64,000 nt of DNA from an uncultured Geobacter sp. (lineage in GTDB: Bacteria > Desulfobacterota > Desulfuromonadia > Geobacterales > CAIOGM01), in NCBI GenBank assembly GCA_903857795.1, contig CAIOGM010000129.1, positions 3,553-67,552 of the forward strand. Reading direction: 5' to 3'. Made by a program: the position numbers and the translations under genes. Below, in pieces: positions 18,801-25,489 of the stretch. Within the stretch, counting starts at the first letter, position 1. Every line of letters begins with the position of its first letter. A model generated the notes under the pieces. That model searched no databases. It was not told the origin of the DNA and worked only from the letters and a program-made list of their open reading frames with translations.

Positions 18801-19400
18801 CTCGGAGATGATGTCCCCCAGGCGGATCAGATTCTGCCGGGTCTGCTCGATCTTTCTCAGCGCCACCAGCTTGCGGGCCTTGTACTTGGTGACCCCGGCG
18901 GCCTCTTCGATGAGGAAGCGGCGCTCCTCCGGTTTCGAGTGGAGGATGGCGCCGATCTTCCCCTGCTCGATGATGGAGTAGGCCCGGGCGCCGACGCCGG
19001 TATCCATGAAGAGCTCGGCGATATCCAGCAGCCGGCAAGGGGTCTTGTTGAGATAGTATTCGCTCTCGCCGTCCCGGTAGAGGCGGCGGGTCACCTGGAT
19101 CTCGGAGAAGGCCAGGTACTTGGCAGGCATGGCGCCGTCCTCGGTGGAGAAAATGATGGAGACCTCGGCCATCCCCAGCGGTTTACGGCTCTCGCTCCCC
19201 CCGAAGATCACATCCTCCATCTGTTTCCCGCGGAGGTTCTTGGCCGACTGCTCCCCCATCCCCCACCGGATGGCGTCCACGATATTGGACTTGCCGCAGC
19301 CGTTGGGACCGACGATGCCGGTGATTGGCTGTTGGAAGTCCAGGGAGGCCTTATCCACGAAAGATTTAAAGCCGAGTATGTCGAGGCGCTTGATTTTCAC
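15870..19400 (-). CDS. smc: chromosome segregation protein SMC
   Basis: N-terminal Walker A (GPNGCGKSN), a long coiled coil with a hinge, and a C-terminal LSGGEK signature with Walker B (LDEVDAPLD). Start set at GTG 19400 (VKIKRLDILGFKSF); the longer ORF to 19445 runs into a REP copy. Confidence 0.95.
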   Translation of the reverse strand: MKIKRLDILGFKSFVDKASLDFQQPITGIVGPNGCGKSNIVDAIRWGMGEQSAKNLRGKQMEDVIFGGSESRKPLGMAEVSIIFSTEDGAMPAKYLAFSEIQVTRRLYRDGESEYYLNKTPCRLLDIAELFMDTGVGARAYSIIEQGKIGAILHSKPEERRFLIEEAAGVTKYKARKLVALRKIEQTRQNLIRLGDIISEIKRQVNSLQRQAKKAEKFKSCREELKEIEQLFAARSWELLEGERHDTARALDEASGRLTGMSSSLESGELRVEERRISLMEEEQEVTSAQEEAYRIKGDLQAVENRLEFQRKERAALDGRKVRLEEELTTLERQKQEAAREQEGLATHRGEYDNDIEADDSRLKEAEVNLEELTRTELGLSRRLEESRRELFDLLSEIAQLNNTQSGATRRLDSLGERFQRHHRENVQLQERLVESLSRCSGLEGELADQQRLREELRIRLEEGKEQEALLKRNFHDTEQELNRQRNLLSGRTSRLHSLRELESSLAGYGQGVKTLLRAERFSGRFRGVVADLVETAAAHETALEAALGERLQYLITGDSIDAQEAIAFLRQGKGGRGSFVFGAPLLSAPTDVPGDGIELRSLVTITPDFSPLVGPLLAGLYLADDLESALKKGEEYPGCSFVTPTGDLVTGGGIVSGGSPETAGPGIISKKREIRELTREVADLTATIASLEESRDRLKQETREAEEEGRELRQQLHQAELRLVNLQKDLQRAREEEQRLQERLAVRQVEDDQLSEERESLEQELKDSAQGREKREGEKQLIELRGEELRTLLESRKEELAGTRDLVTTLKVRSASLKEKREANRRATKRLEELLRDQEGRIAGHRRQLAEGDGERVRLELELTENDRQLKRLLLESATLEARLSTARERYQRQAETLRGEELALKSLRSSCEELRRVVAAKELALTELTLRLEQLEHSMADRYRVNLRELIPLLRERVWDEGESRRRQAELQQQVDEMGEVNLTAIEEHRELEERFIFLTSQKSDLEESLNGLQQAIQKINRTTRKRFFETFQLVNAKFQELFPRLFCGGHAELRLTNEEDLLESGIDIIVQPPGKKLQNVTLLSGGEKALTALALIFAIFLIKPSPFCLLDEVDAPLDDANIGRFNEMVREMSAISQFIVITHNKGTMAVADTLYGITMEDPGISKMVSVKLN

Positions 19401-19790
19401 AGGGGGACCATGATCATAAAATCTGCAATTGAAACAGTGAGACACAGAGAAGAGTGAGGAATAATCTGACGGAAAAAGAGGAGACTATAACCGTAGAGAG
19501 GCTCTGCCGTCAATACATGGATAGATTGTCAACCGGTTTTGCGCCCCACGGTCGCCATGGAGTAGCCCAGGGAGCCGGAAAGCCCGGGTATCAAACCGTA
19601 GAAATTGCTATTTTATTAGATTTTATACAATAAAAATAGTGTTATATTTTGGCTATAATTCTTGTTTTCCGGGCAGTTAAGTCCGAATTCCGGCCGGCCG
19701 GAATTGATATAAATTTCCGATTAGCCTGCTTCCCATGGGTCACATGCTCCGGTGTGGGAACCATGGGATGGAGGAGGATGCACCACAAAC

Positions 19791-19827
19791 AGCAACGGGC
19801 CGAGGAGAAGTTCCTCGGCCCGTTGCT
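19791..19827 (-). terminator. hairpin terminator downstream of the first PEP-CTERM gene
   Basis: AGCAACGGGCCGAGGA / TCCTCGGCCCGTTGCT stem, with GTTTGT on the minus strand after it. A near-identical hairpin follows the second paralog. Confidence 0.6.
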
Positions 19828-19851
19828 GTTTGAATGGATAAAAGGTGGTGG

Positions 19852-20514
19852 TTACTTGCGACGCCTGATGAACGCCAGGCCGCCGAGGCCGGCGCCGAGG
19901 AGGAGGAAGGTGGAGGGTTCAGGAACGGCGGAAGTACCTTCCAGGGTAAAGGCAAGATCACTCTCGATGAGGGATCTTGTCCCCTGAAAATCCTGATAAA
20001 CGGTGAAGTCGCCCCCTGTTCCTCTTGCCCATCCCCACTGCGGAGGGAACCCCATGCTGGCCACTATGGAAATCCAATAATCAGTTCCGCCACTCGCAAG
20101 AAAGGGGGTCGCCAAGTCGGCGTCATAGGCGAAGATCAGATTGCCTAAAGCGGATTCATTTGCGTTTCCCGGGATGGTATATGTACCGAGCGCCGCCCCG
20201 GGCTGGCCGGCGTTATCACCCCAGAAAGAGATGGTAAAGGCACTTATGGCTGATTGTTGTGACGGATTGAAATATGCTCCCGTCCAGTGGACTTCGGTTA
20301 TCAAGGATGACTGCGCAAGTTCAAAATTATCATAGGCTGTTGCAAAATTACCTTGCCCACCGACGTTCGTATCATTCTGGGAAGAGTAAGCATTTATGCT
20401 GGAGTCCCACGGTTGAGTGTAGAGAGCAGGGGCAGCCCACGCGGTTGAGAGGAGGGAAAACCCCAAAAGTGCCGTCAAGCAGGCGATCCGTGTTTTATTT
20501 ACTAACTTCATCAT
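19852..20514 (-). CDS. PEP-CTERM sorting-domain secreted protein
   Basis: Signal peptide (LTALLGFSLLSTAWA) and C-terminal VPEPSTFLLLGAGLGGLAFIRRRK (PEP motif, TM helix, basic tail). Start at the ATG preceded by AGGAGA. Confidence 0.9.
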   Translation of the reverse strand: MMKLVNKTRIACLTALLGFSLLSTAWAAPALYTQPWDSSINAYSSQNDTNVGGQGNFATAYDNFELAQSSLITEVHWTGAYFNPSQQSAISAFTISFWGDNAGQPGAALGTYTIPGNANESALGNLIFAYDADLATPFLASGGTDYWISIVASMGFPPQWGWARGTGGDFTVYQDFQGTRSLIESDLAFTLEGTSAVPEPSTFLLLGAGLGGLAFIRRRK

Positions 20515-20559
20515 ATCAATTCTCCTTTTGGTCGGTCTTGAATCCATTTAACGACAACT

Positions 20560-20575
20560 AGCAAGTTGCGTGCCA
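20560..20575 (-). promoter_or_regulatory. sigma54 (-24/-12) promoter
   Basis: The minus strand reads TGGCACGCAACTTGCT, an exact match to TGGCAC-N5-TTGC, about 45 nt upstream of the ATG at 20514. Confidence 0.75.
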
Positions 20576-20645
20576 TACTCGGTAGCATCAAAAACAGCAG
20601 GTTACAGGTGAAAAAGGATCTTCCCCGGTTCACCATTCAATAAAG

Positions 20646-20685
20646 TGTAAAGTAGTCCGACACTCGACTGTAAAAAAATCCGACA
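20646..20685 (-). promoter_or_regulatory. two 17-nt dyad motifs, candidate enhancer (bEBP) sites
   Basis: Plus strand TGTAAAGTAGTCCGACA (20646-20662) and TGTAAAAAAATCCGACA (20669-20685), repeated upstream of the paralogous gene. Confidence 0.45.
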
Positions 20686-20779
20686 ATTTCCATGGTTCCC
20701 ATGCTCCAGCGTGGGAACCACGGGATGGAGGAGGATACTTGAGATCGCACCAATCCGGAGCCACCCCCCCTTTCTCATA

Positions 20780-20912
20780 GTTCCCATGCTCCAGAGTGGG
20801 AACCGAAATTCGCCGCTCCAGCGGCGGATTACCTGGCGAGCATTCTCATCACGTCATCACGGTCTGACGCAGGAGCGTCACCGGTTGCGTTCCCACGCTG
20901 GAGCATGGGAAC
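20780..20912. repeat. 133-bp MITE-like element, copy 1
   Basis: Bounded by the palindromic units GTTCCCATGCTCCAGAGTGGGAAC and GTTCCCACGCTGGAGCATGGGAAC. 131 of 133 nt are identical to 22089-22221. Confidence 0.85.
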
Positions 20913-21048
20913 GATGGTAGGAGTGTCCTTTAGGCGCGAATTCCCGTTATCATTCATGGCCGTAGGCCGCTCCTACATCTGTCTTTCTTAGGTCATCGCG
21001 AATCAGGACCGGTTTTGCGCCTCATGGTTCTCATGCGACTCTATAAAC

Positions 21049-21085
21049 GGCAACGGGCCGAGGAGAAGATCCCCGGCCCGTTGCC
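21049..21085 (-). terminator. hairpin terminator downstream of the second PEP-CTERM gene
   Basis: GGCAACGGGCCG / CGGCCCGTTGCC stem, with GTTTAT after it on the minus strand. Confidence 0.6.
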
Positions 21086-21112
21086 GTTCAAGTGAAGATA
21101 AGTAGATGGTCG

Positions 21113-21769
21113 TTACTTGCGACGCCTGATGAACGCCAGGCCGCCGAGGCCGGCGCCGAGGAGGAGGAAGGTGGAGGGTTCAGGGACGGCGGAAGTGCCA
21201 TTCTCCAACTGAAATGCGGTTGCTCCGCCAGTACCAGACCACTCCGTACTCTGTGTCCACGCCAAGCTCCCAATGGTTGTATTTGCCCCCCAAAACCACC
21301 CGACATTGTTTACATTATTGAAAATTTCCAGCCAATATTCCTCGCCTGCTTCGGCAATAAACGGGGTGATGTCGGCTGAGTATTCAAACAAGCGTGATCC
21401 CGCTAAAATTAATCCTGTATCTGATTTATCAACGACAGCTGCGGTGTATTCGTATATCTGGCTTCCGACGCCTGTCGGCAGTCCATTATTATCGTCGTAT
21501 ATTCTGAAGACGAAAGCGTCGCTTGTGGGGGAATTGTCAGTTGGCCAATAAATGCCGCGCCAATTGACTTCAGTAATCCTCTGTTGGGCTGCAAACGAAA
21601 AGTCGTCTGCAACATGTTGCGTCGGGCTACCTGCTGCTTGGGGCTGGCTTGCTAAATATGCATCGTTTAGATTGTTCAGTCCATTGTCAAAAACCACTTG
21701 TGCCTGGGAATTTGAAGCCAATACCGAGCAGAAAATTACTCCCAATGCAGCAGATAGAAATGTCCTCAT
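21113..21769 (-). CDS. PEP-CTERM sorting-domain secreted protein (paralog)
   Basis: Signal peptide (AALGVIFCSVLASNSQA) and the same C-terminal VPEPSTFLLLGAGLGGLAFIRRRK. The mature domain shares ADDF..ITEV.W.G.Y and F.I.. motifs with the first paralog. ATG 21769 is preceded by AGGAG. Confidence 0.9.
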   Translation of the reverse strand: MRTFLSAALGVIFCSVLASNSQAQVVFDNGLNNLNDAYLASQPQAAGSPTQHVADDFSFAAQQRITEVNWRGIYWPTDNSPTSDAFVFRIYDDNNGLPTGVGSQIYEYTAAVVDKSDTGLILAGSRLFEYSADITPFIAEAGEEYWLEIFNNVNNVGWFWGANTTIGSLAWTQSTEWSGTGGATAFQLENGTSAVPEPSTFLLLGAGLGGLAFIRRRK

Positions 21770-21807
21770 GGCGTACTCCTTTATGATGTAGTTTATTCTG
21801 TCCATGA

Positions 21808-21823
21808 AGCAATTTTAGTGCCA
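21808..21823 (-). promoter_or_regulatory. sigma54 (-24/-12) promoter
   Basis: The minus strand reads TGGCACTAAAATTGCT, an exact TGGCAC-N5-TTGC, about 40 nt upstream of ATG 21769. Confidence 0.75.
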
Positions 21824-21914
21824 ATCTGCGGGTAGTTCAATTTGTTTAAAAACGTCTATATTCCAGAGCGATACCCCCAAGCAACCCACCAATAAGTGAC
21901 TTGTCTTCGCAAAG

Positions 21915-21964
21915 TGTAAAGAAATTCGACAGATCAACAGAAGCTACTGTAAAACAGTCCGACA
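21915..21964 (-). promoter_or_regulatory. two 17-nt dyad motifs, candidate enhancer (bEBP) sites
   Basis: Plus strand TGTAAAGAAATTCGACA (21915-21931) and TGTAAAACAGTCCGACA (21948-21964). Confidence 0.45.
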
Positions 21965-21993
21965 ATTGAGTTCGCTGATGTCAGGAGCACGCA

Positions 21994-22064
21994 CCTTTGG
22001 AAAAGGGGGGCAGGGGGGATTTGCCAAGCTGAGTAAATCCCCCTCAATCCCCCTTTTCCAAAGG
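21994..22064. repeat. REP-type inverted repeat
   Basis: CCTTTGGAAAAGGGGGG (21994-22010) pairs with CCCCCTTTTCCAAAGG (22049-22064). Confidence 0.6.
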
Positions 22065-22088
22065 GGGAAGTTTCACTCCGTTCTCATG

Positions 22089-22221
22089 GTTCCCATGCTC
22101 CAGCGTGGGAACCGAAATTCGCCGCTCCAGCGGCGGATTACCTGGCGAGCATTCTCATCACGTCATCACCGTCTGACGCAGGAGCGTCACCGGTTGCGTT
22201 CCCACGCTGGAGCATGGGAAC
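22089..22221. repeat. 133-bp MITE-like element, copy 2
   Basis: Same element as 20780-20912, with 2 substitutions. Confidence 0.85.
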
Positions 22222-22308
22222 GAGATAACCGTATCTGTCCGTCTGGTTGTTGTCTTTGTAGGTCAGAGCAGATACAATGCGGCAAAATTTACCGGTAGCT
22301 GAGAGACC

Positions 22309-23133
22309 ATGGGACATGAAGAATGGTACTCTGCCGAGGCGTTTGACCCCATGAAGAGCCCCCCCCGCATAGCCCTGATCATCCCCGCCAGGAACGAGGC
22401 GCTCTCCCTGCCGGGGGTTCTGGAAAAGGTGCCGCCCGAAATCGGGCTGATCGTGGTGGTGGATAACGGCTCCACCGACGGGACCGCCCGGGTTGCCGCG
22501 TCCAATGGCGCCCGGGTCGTCACTGAACCGGTGGCCGGGTACGGCAGGGCCTGTCTTGCCGGGTTGGCCGCCCTGGCCGACGACCCGCCTGAGCTGGTGG
22601 CGTTTGTCGACGCCGACGGCAGCGATGAGCTGTCGTCTCTCCCTCTCCTTATCGCCCCGGTGGCCGCCGGCGAGGTTGATCTTGCCTTGGGGCGACGGAT
22701 TCCCGCGGTCAGGAGCGCCCTCAGTTTTCAGCAGCGTTTCGGGCACCTTCTGGCCACCGGGCTGATCCGGCTGTTCTGGAAGCACCGGTTCCGCGATCTG
22801 GGCCCCATGCGGGTGATCCGCTGGGAAGCCCTGGAAAAATTGGTCATGACCGACCAGGCCTTCGGCTGGACCGTGGAGATGCAGGTCCGGGCGCTCAAAC
22901 AGGAGCTCCGGATAGTGGAGATCGATGTCCCCTATCATGCACGAACCGCGGGGAGATCGAAGATCAGCCGGACGATCAGCGGCACCGTCAGGGCCGGCAG
23001 CACCATCCTCTGGGTCATCGGCCGGGAGCTGGTTGCCGGGTCGAAGCAGAAGAGTGGGGTGGGTTCGCCAGCGGAGTGGGCGAGGGTAGATGCGGCGGGA
23101 GCCGAAGGAAAATATACCGAGGGAGAAGTGTGA
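22309..23133 (+). CDS. family 2 glycosyltransferase (polyprenyl-phosphate sugar synthase-like)
   Basis: IALIIPARNEALSLPGVL, VVVDNGSTDGT and FVDADGSD (DxD) motifs. Alternative start at ATG 22351. Confidence 0.85.
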   Translation: MGHEEWYSAEAFDPMKSPPRIALIIPARNEALSLPGVLEKVPPEIGLIVVVDNGSTDGTARVAASNGARVVTEPVAGYGRACLAGLAALADDPPELVAFVDADGSDELSSLPLLIAPVAAGEVDLALGRRIPAVRSALSFQQRFGHLLATGLIRLFWKHRFRDLGPMRVIRWEALEKLVMTDQAFGWTVEMQVRALKQELRIVEIDVPYHARTAGRSKISRTISGTVRAGSTILWVIGRELVAGSKQKSGVGSPAEWARVDAAGAEGKYTEGEV

Positions 23134-24005
23134 TGGTTGAAGTAGAAAAGATGAGATTCCCCCGCTATGGGTTGGTAGCGGTGACGGTGCTGATCGCGAT
23201 CATGCTGGTCACCGGATCATCGGCCAGGGCGGCCGACCTGGGGTTGATCGACAGCACGGCCCTGCAGGGGAGCCCGGCCGGATGGGTCATCCTGGATGCC
23301 CGTCCCAGGGCTGAATGGGAGGCCGGGCACATCCCGGGAGCCATTTCGCTCCCTTGGGAGAGCTACACCCGCACCGACGCCGGCGGGATACCGTACAGCA
23401 CCTTTCCTCCCCAGGAGCTGGCAACGGCTCTGGCCGGCCTGGGGATCGACGAGAAAACCCCGGTGGTGGTGTACGGTGATGCCGACACGAGCTGGGGGGG
23501 GGAAGGGTACGATGCCTGGCTCCTCTCCTGGCTGGGGCACAAGGGGCCCATCAGGCTGCTCAACGGCGGCATTCAGGGGTGGCGTGGCCGGAACCTGCCG
23601 CTGATCAAGGGGGCGCAGCGAGCCGGCGGCGCCAGGCCCCGTTACCGGGTGGAGCTCAATCCCTCACTGATTATCACCACGGAGGAGCTCCAGCGAAGCG
23701 GGGGAACCTATGCCATCGTGGATGTCCGTTCGACCTTTGAGTGGTTCAAGGGGAGGATTCCCGGTGCAATCCATATCCCCTGGGAAGAGTTCTATACCGG
23801 CAAGGAGCGTCGGCCGCTCTCTCCTGCGGAACTGAAGAAGCTGCTGGCCAGGCATGGCGTGGACGGCGCCAAACCGGTGGTCTACTACTGTCTGGGTGGG
23901 GTCCGTTCGGCCTATGCCTGGACGGTCCACCACCTGGCGGGGCTGCCTGAAGCCCGCAACTACAAGGGAAGCTGGGCCGCCTGGGAGAAACGGTCCGGTC
24001 AGTAG
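23133..24005 (+). CDS. exported or membrane-anchored tandem-rhodanese sulfurtransferase
   Basis: The start overlaps the upstream stop (TGATG). N-terminal hydrophobic segment. Two rhodanese domains, the second with the catalytic loop CLGGVRS. Confidence 0.85.
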   Translation: MVEVEKMRFPRYGLVAVTVLIAIMLVTGSSARAADLGLIDSTALQGSPAGWVILDARPRAEWEAGHIPGAISLPWESYTRTDAGGIPYSTFPPQELATALAGLGIDEKTPVVVYGDADTSWGGEGYDAWLLSWLGHKGPIRLLNGGIQGWRGRNLPLIKGAQRAGGARPRYRVELNPSLIITTEELQRSGGTYAIVDVRSTFEWFKGRIPGAIHIPWEEFYTGKERRPLSPAELKKLLARHGVDGAKPVVYYCLGGVRSAYAWTVHHLAGLPEARNYKGSWAAWEKRSGQ

Positions 24006-24022
24006 CGCCACCGTTGTCGACC

Positions 24023-25489
24023 ATGACTCCTGTTTTCACCCTCCTTCATTTTGCCGCACTGCTCGCTCTCTCCCTCTACGGGGTGCACCGGCTCTGGCTT
24101 CTCTCTTCCCTCTACCGCTTCCCGGAGAGGGAGACCATCCCGCCCCCTCTCTCCGGGCTTTCCGTTGAGTTTCCCGCGGTCACCATCCAGCTGCCGCTGT
24201 ACAATGAGCGCTTCGTGGCGGAGCGGCTGCTGGATGCCGCGGCCTCTCTGGAGTGGCCGGCCCAGCGGCTGGAGATTCAAATCCTGGACGATTCGGACGA
24301 TGCTACCTCCCTCCTGGTGGAGCGGAGGGCTGACTGGTGGCGGCGGCAGGGGGTCGCCATCACCGTGGTGAGGAGAGCCGACCGGGACGGTTTTAAGGCC
24401 GGGGCGCTGGCCAACGGCCTCCTCTCTGCACGGGGAGAGTTCATCGCGATCTTTGACGCCGACTTCATCCCCGCCCCGGATTTCCTGGCCGCCACCATCC
24501 CCTGGTTCCGGGACAAAGGGGTCGGCATGGTCCAGAGCCGCTGGAGCTTCTGCAATGCCGAACACTCCTGGTTCACCGGCGTCCAGGCGCTCCTCTTGGG
24601 CCCGCACTTCCGCATCGAACACCGCGTCCGCTGCCGGCGAGGGCTCTTCTTCAACTTCAACGGCACCGCCGGTGTCTGGCGCCGGAGCGCCATCGACTCC
24701 GCTGGCGGGTGGCAGTCGGACACCGTCACCGAAGATCTTGACCTGAGCTACCGCGCCCAGTTGGCCGGCTGGCGGTTCGTCTACCGGGATGAGTGCCACG
24801 TCCCGTCGGAGCTCCCCATAACCATGGCGGCGCTCCGGAGCCAGCAGCAGCGCTGGGCCAAGGGGTCAATCCAGACCGCTCGGAAGATCCTCCCCCGGCT
24901 GCTGCGGCAACGGCTCCCCCTTGCCGTAAAGATCGAGGCGCTGGCGCACCTCACCGCCAACTGTTACTGGCTGCTGGGCATGGTCGTCATGCTGACCCTC
25001 TACCCGGCCATCACCTGGCGCGTCGGCATCGGACTGCATGACCTCCTCCGGGTCGACCTCCCTCTCTTTTTGGCCACCAGCGGGGCACTCATGGGCTACT
25101 TCCTGATCTACGCACTCTGGAGCGGCGGAGGGAGAGGCGGCGCGCTGCTCCTGTTGCCACTCCTCACCATCGGTCTGGCGCCCAGCGTCTCTCTTTCGGT
25201 GCTCAAGGGGTTGTTCTGTTCGGGTGGGGAGTTTCAGCGGACCCCCAAATACGGGGTGCGGGGGCGGGAGCGGCTGCCGGGGGGGGGGGTCGTCTCCGGT
25301 CAGAAGAGTCTCCTCTACATTTTTATGAATGGCCTGCTGCTGCTCTACTCCCTGCTGCCGCTCCTCTTTGCCTGGCGCCGGGAGAGCTGGTTCGCCCTGC
25401 CGCTGTTTCTCCTCTTCCCCTGCGGCTTTGCCCTGGTGCTGGTCAAGGACCTCGGTGAGTCGATTCCAGAAAAAGCAGTCCACCACTGA
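24023..25489 (+). CDS. processive family 2 glycosyltransferase (cellulose-synthase-like, CslA/MGlcDG-synthase type)
   Basis: N-terminal TM, QLPLYNE, ILDDSDD, FDADF and QQQRWAKG (QxxRW) motifs, and C-terminal TM helices. The ORF opens with TTG at 24014; the first ATG is at 24023. Confidence 0.85.
   Translation: MTPVFTLLHFAALLALSLYGVHRLWLLSSLYRFPERETIPPPLSGLSVEFPAVTIQLPLYNERFVAERLLDAAASLEWPAQRLEIQILDDSDDATSLLVERRADWWRRQGVAITVVRRADRDGFKAGALANGLLSARGEFIAIFDADFIPAPDFLAATIPWFRDKGVGMVQSRWSFCNAEHSWFTGVQALLLGPHFRIEHRVRCRRGLFFNFNGTAGVWRRSAIDSAGGWQSDTVTEDLDLSYRAQLAGWRFVYRDECHVPSELPITMAALRSQQQRWAKGSIQTARKILPRLLRQRLPLAVKIEALAHLTANCYWLLGMVVMLTLYPAITWRVGIGLHDLLRVDLPLFLATSGALMGYFLIYALWSGGGRGGALLLLPLLTIGLAPSVSLSVLKGLFCSGGEFQRTPKYGVRGRERLPGGGVVSGQKSLLYIFMNGLLLLYSLLPLLFAWRRESWFALPLFLLFPCGFALVLVKDLGESIPEKAVHH

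Noticed and set aside
15963-19457. Long plus-strand ORFs (429, 366, 156 aa and others) antisense to smc
   Set aside because: They lie entirely inside the well-supported smc CDS. Their products are low-complexity (Leu/Pro/Gly/Glu-rich) with no motifs. This is typical antisense read-through of GAG/CTG-rich, GC-rich coding sequence.
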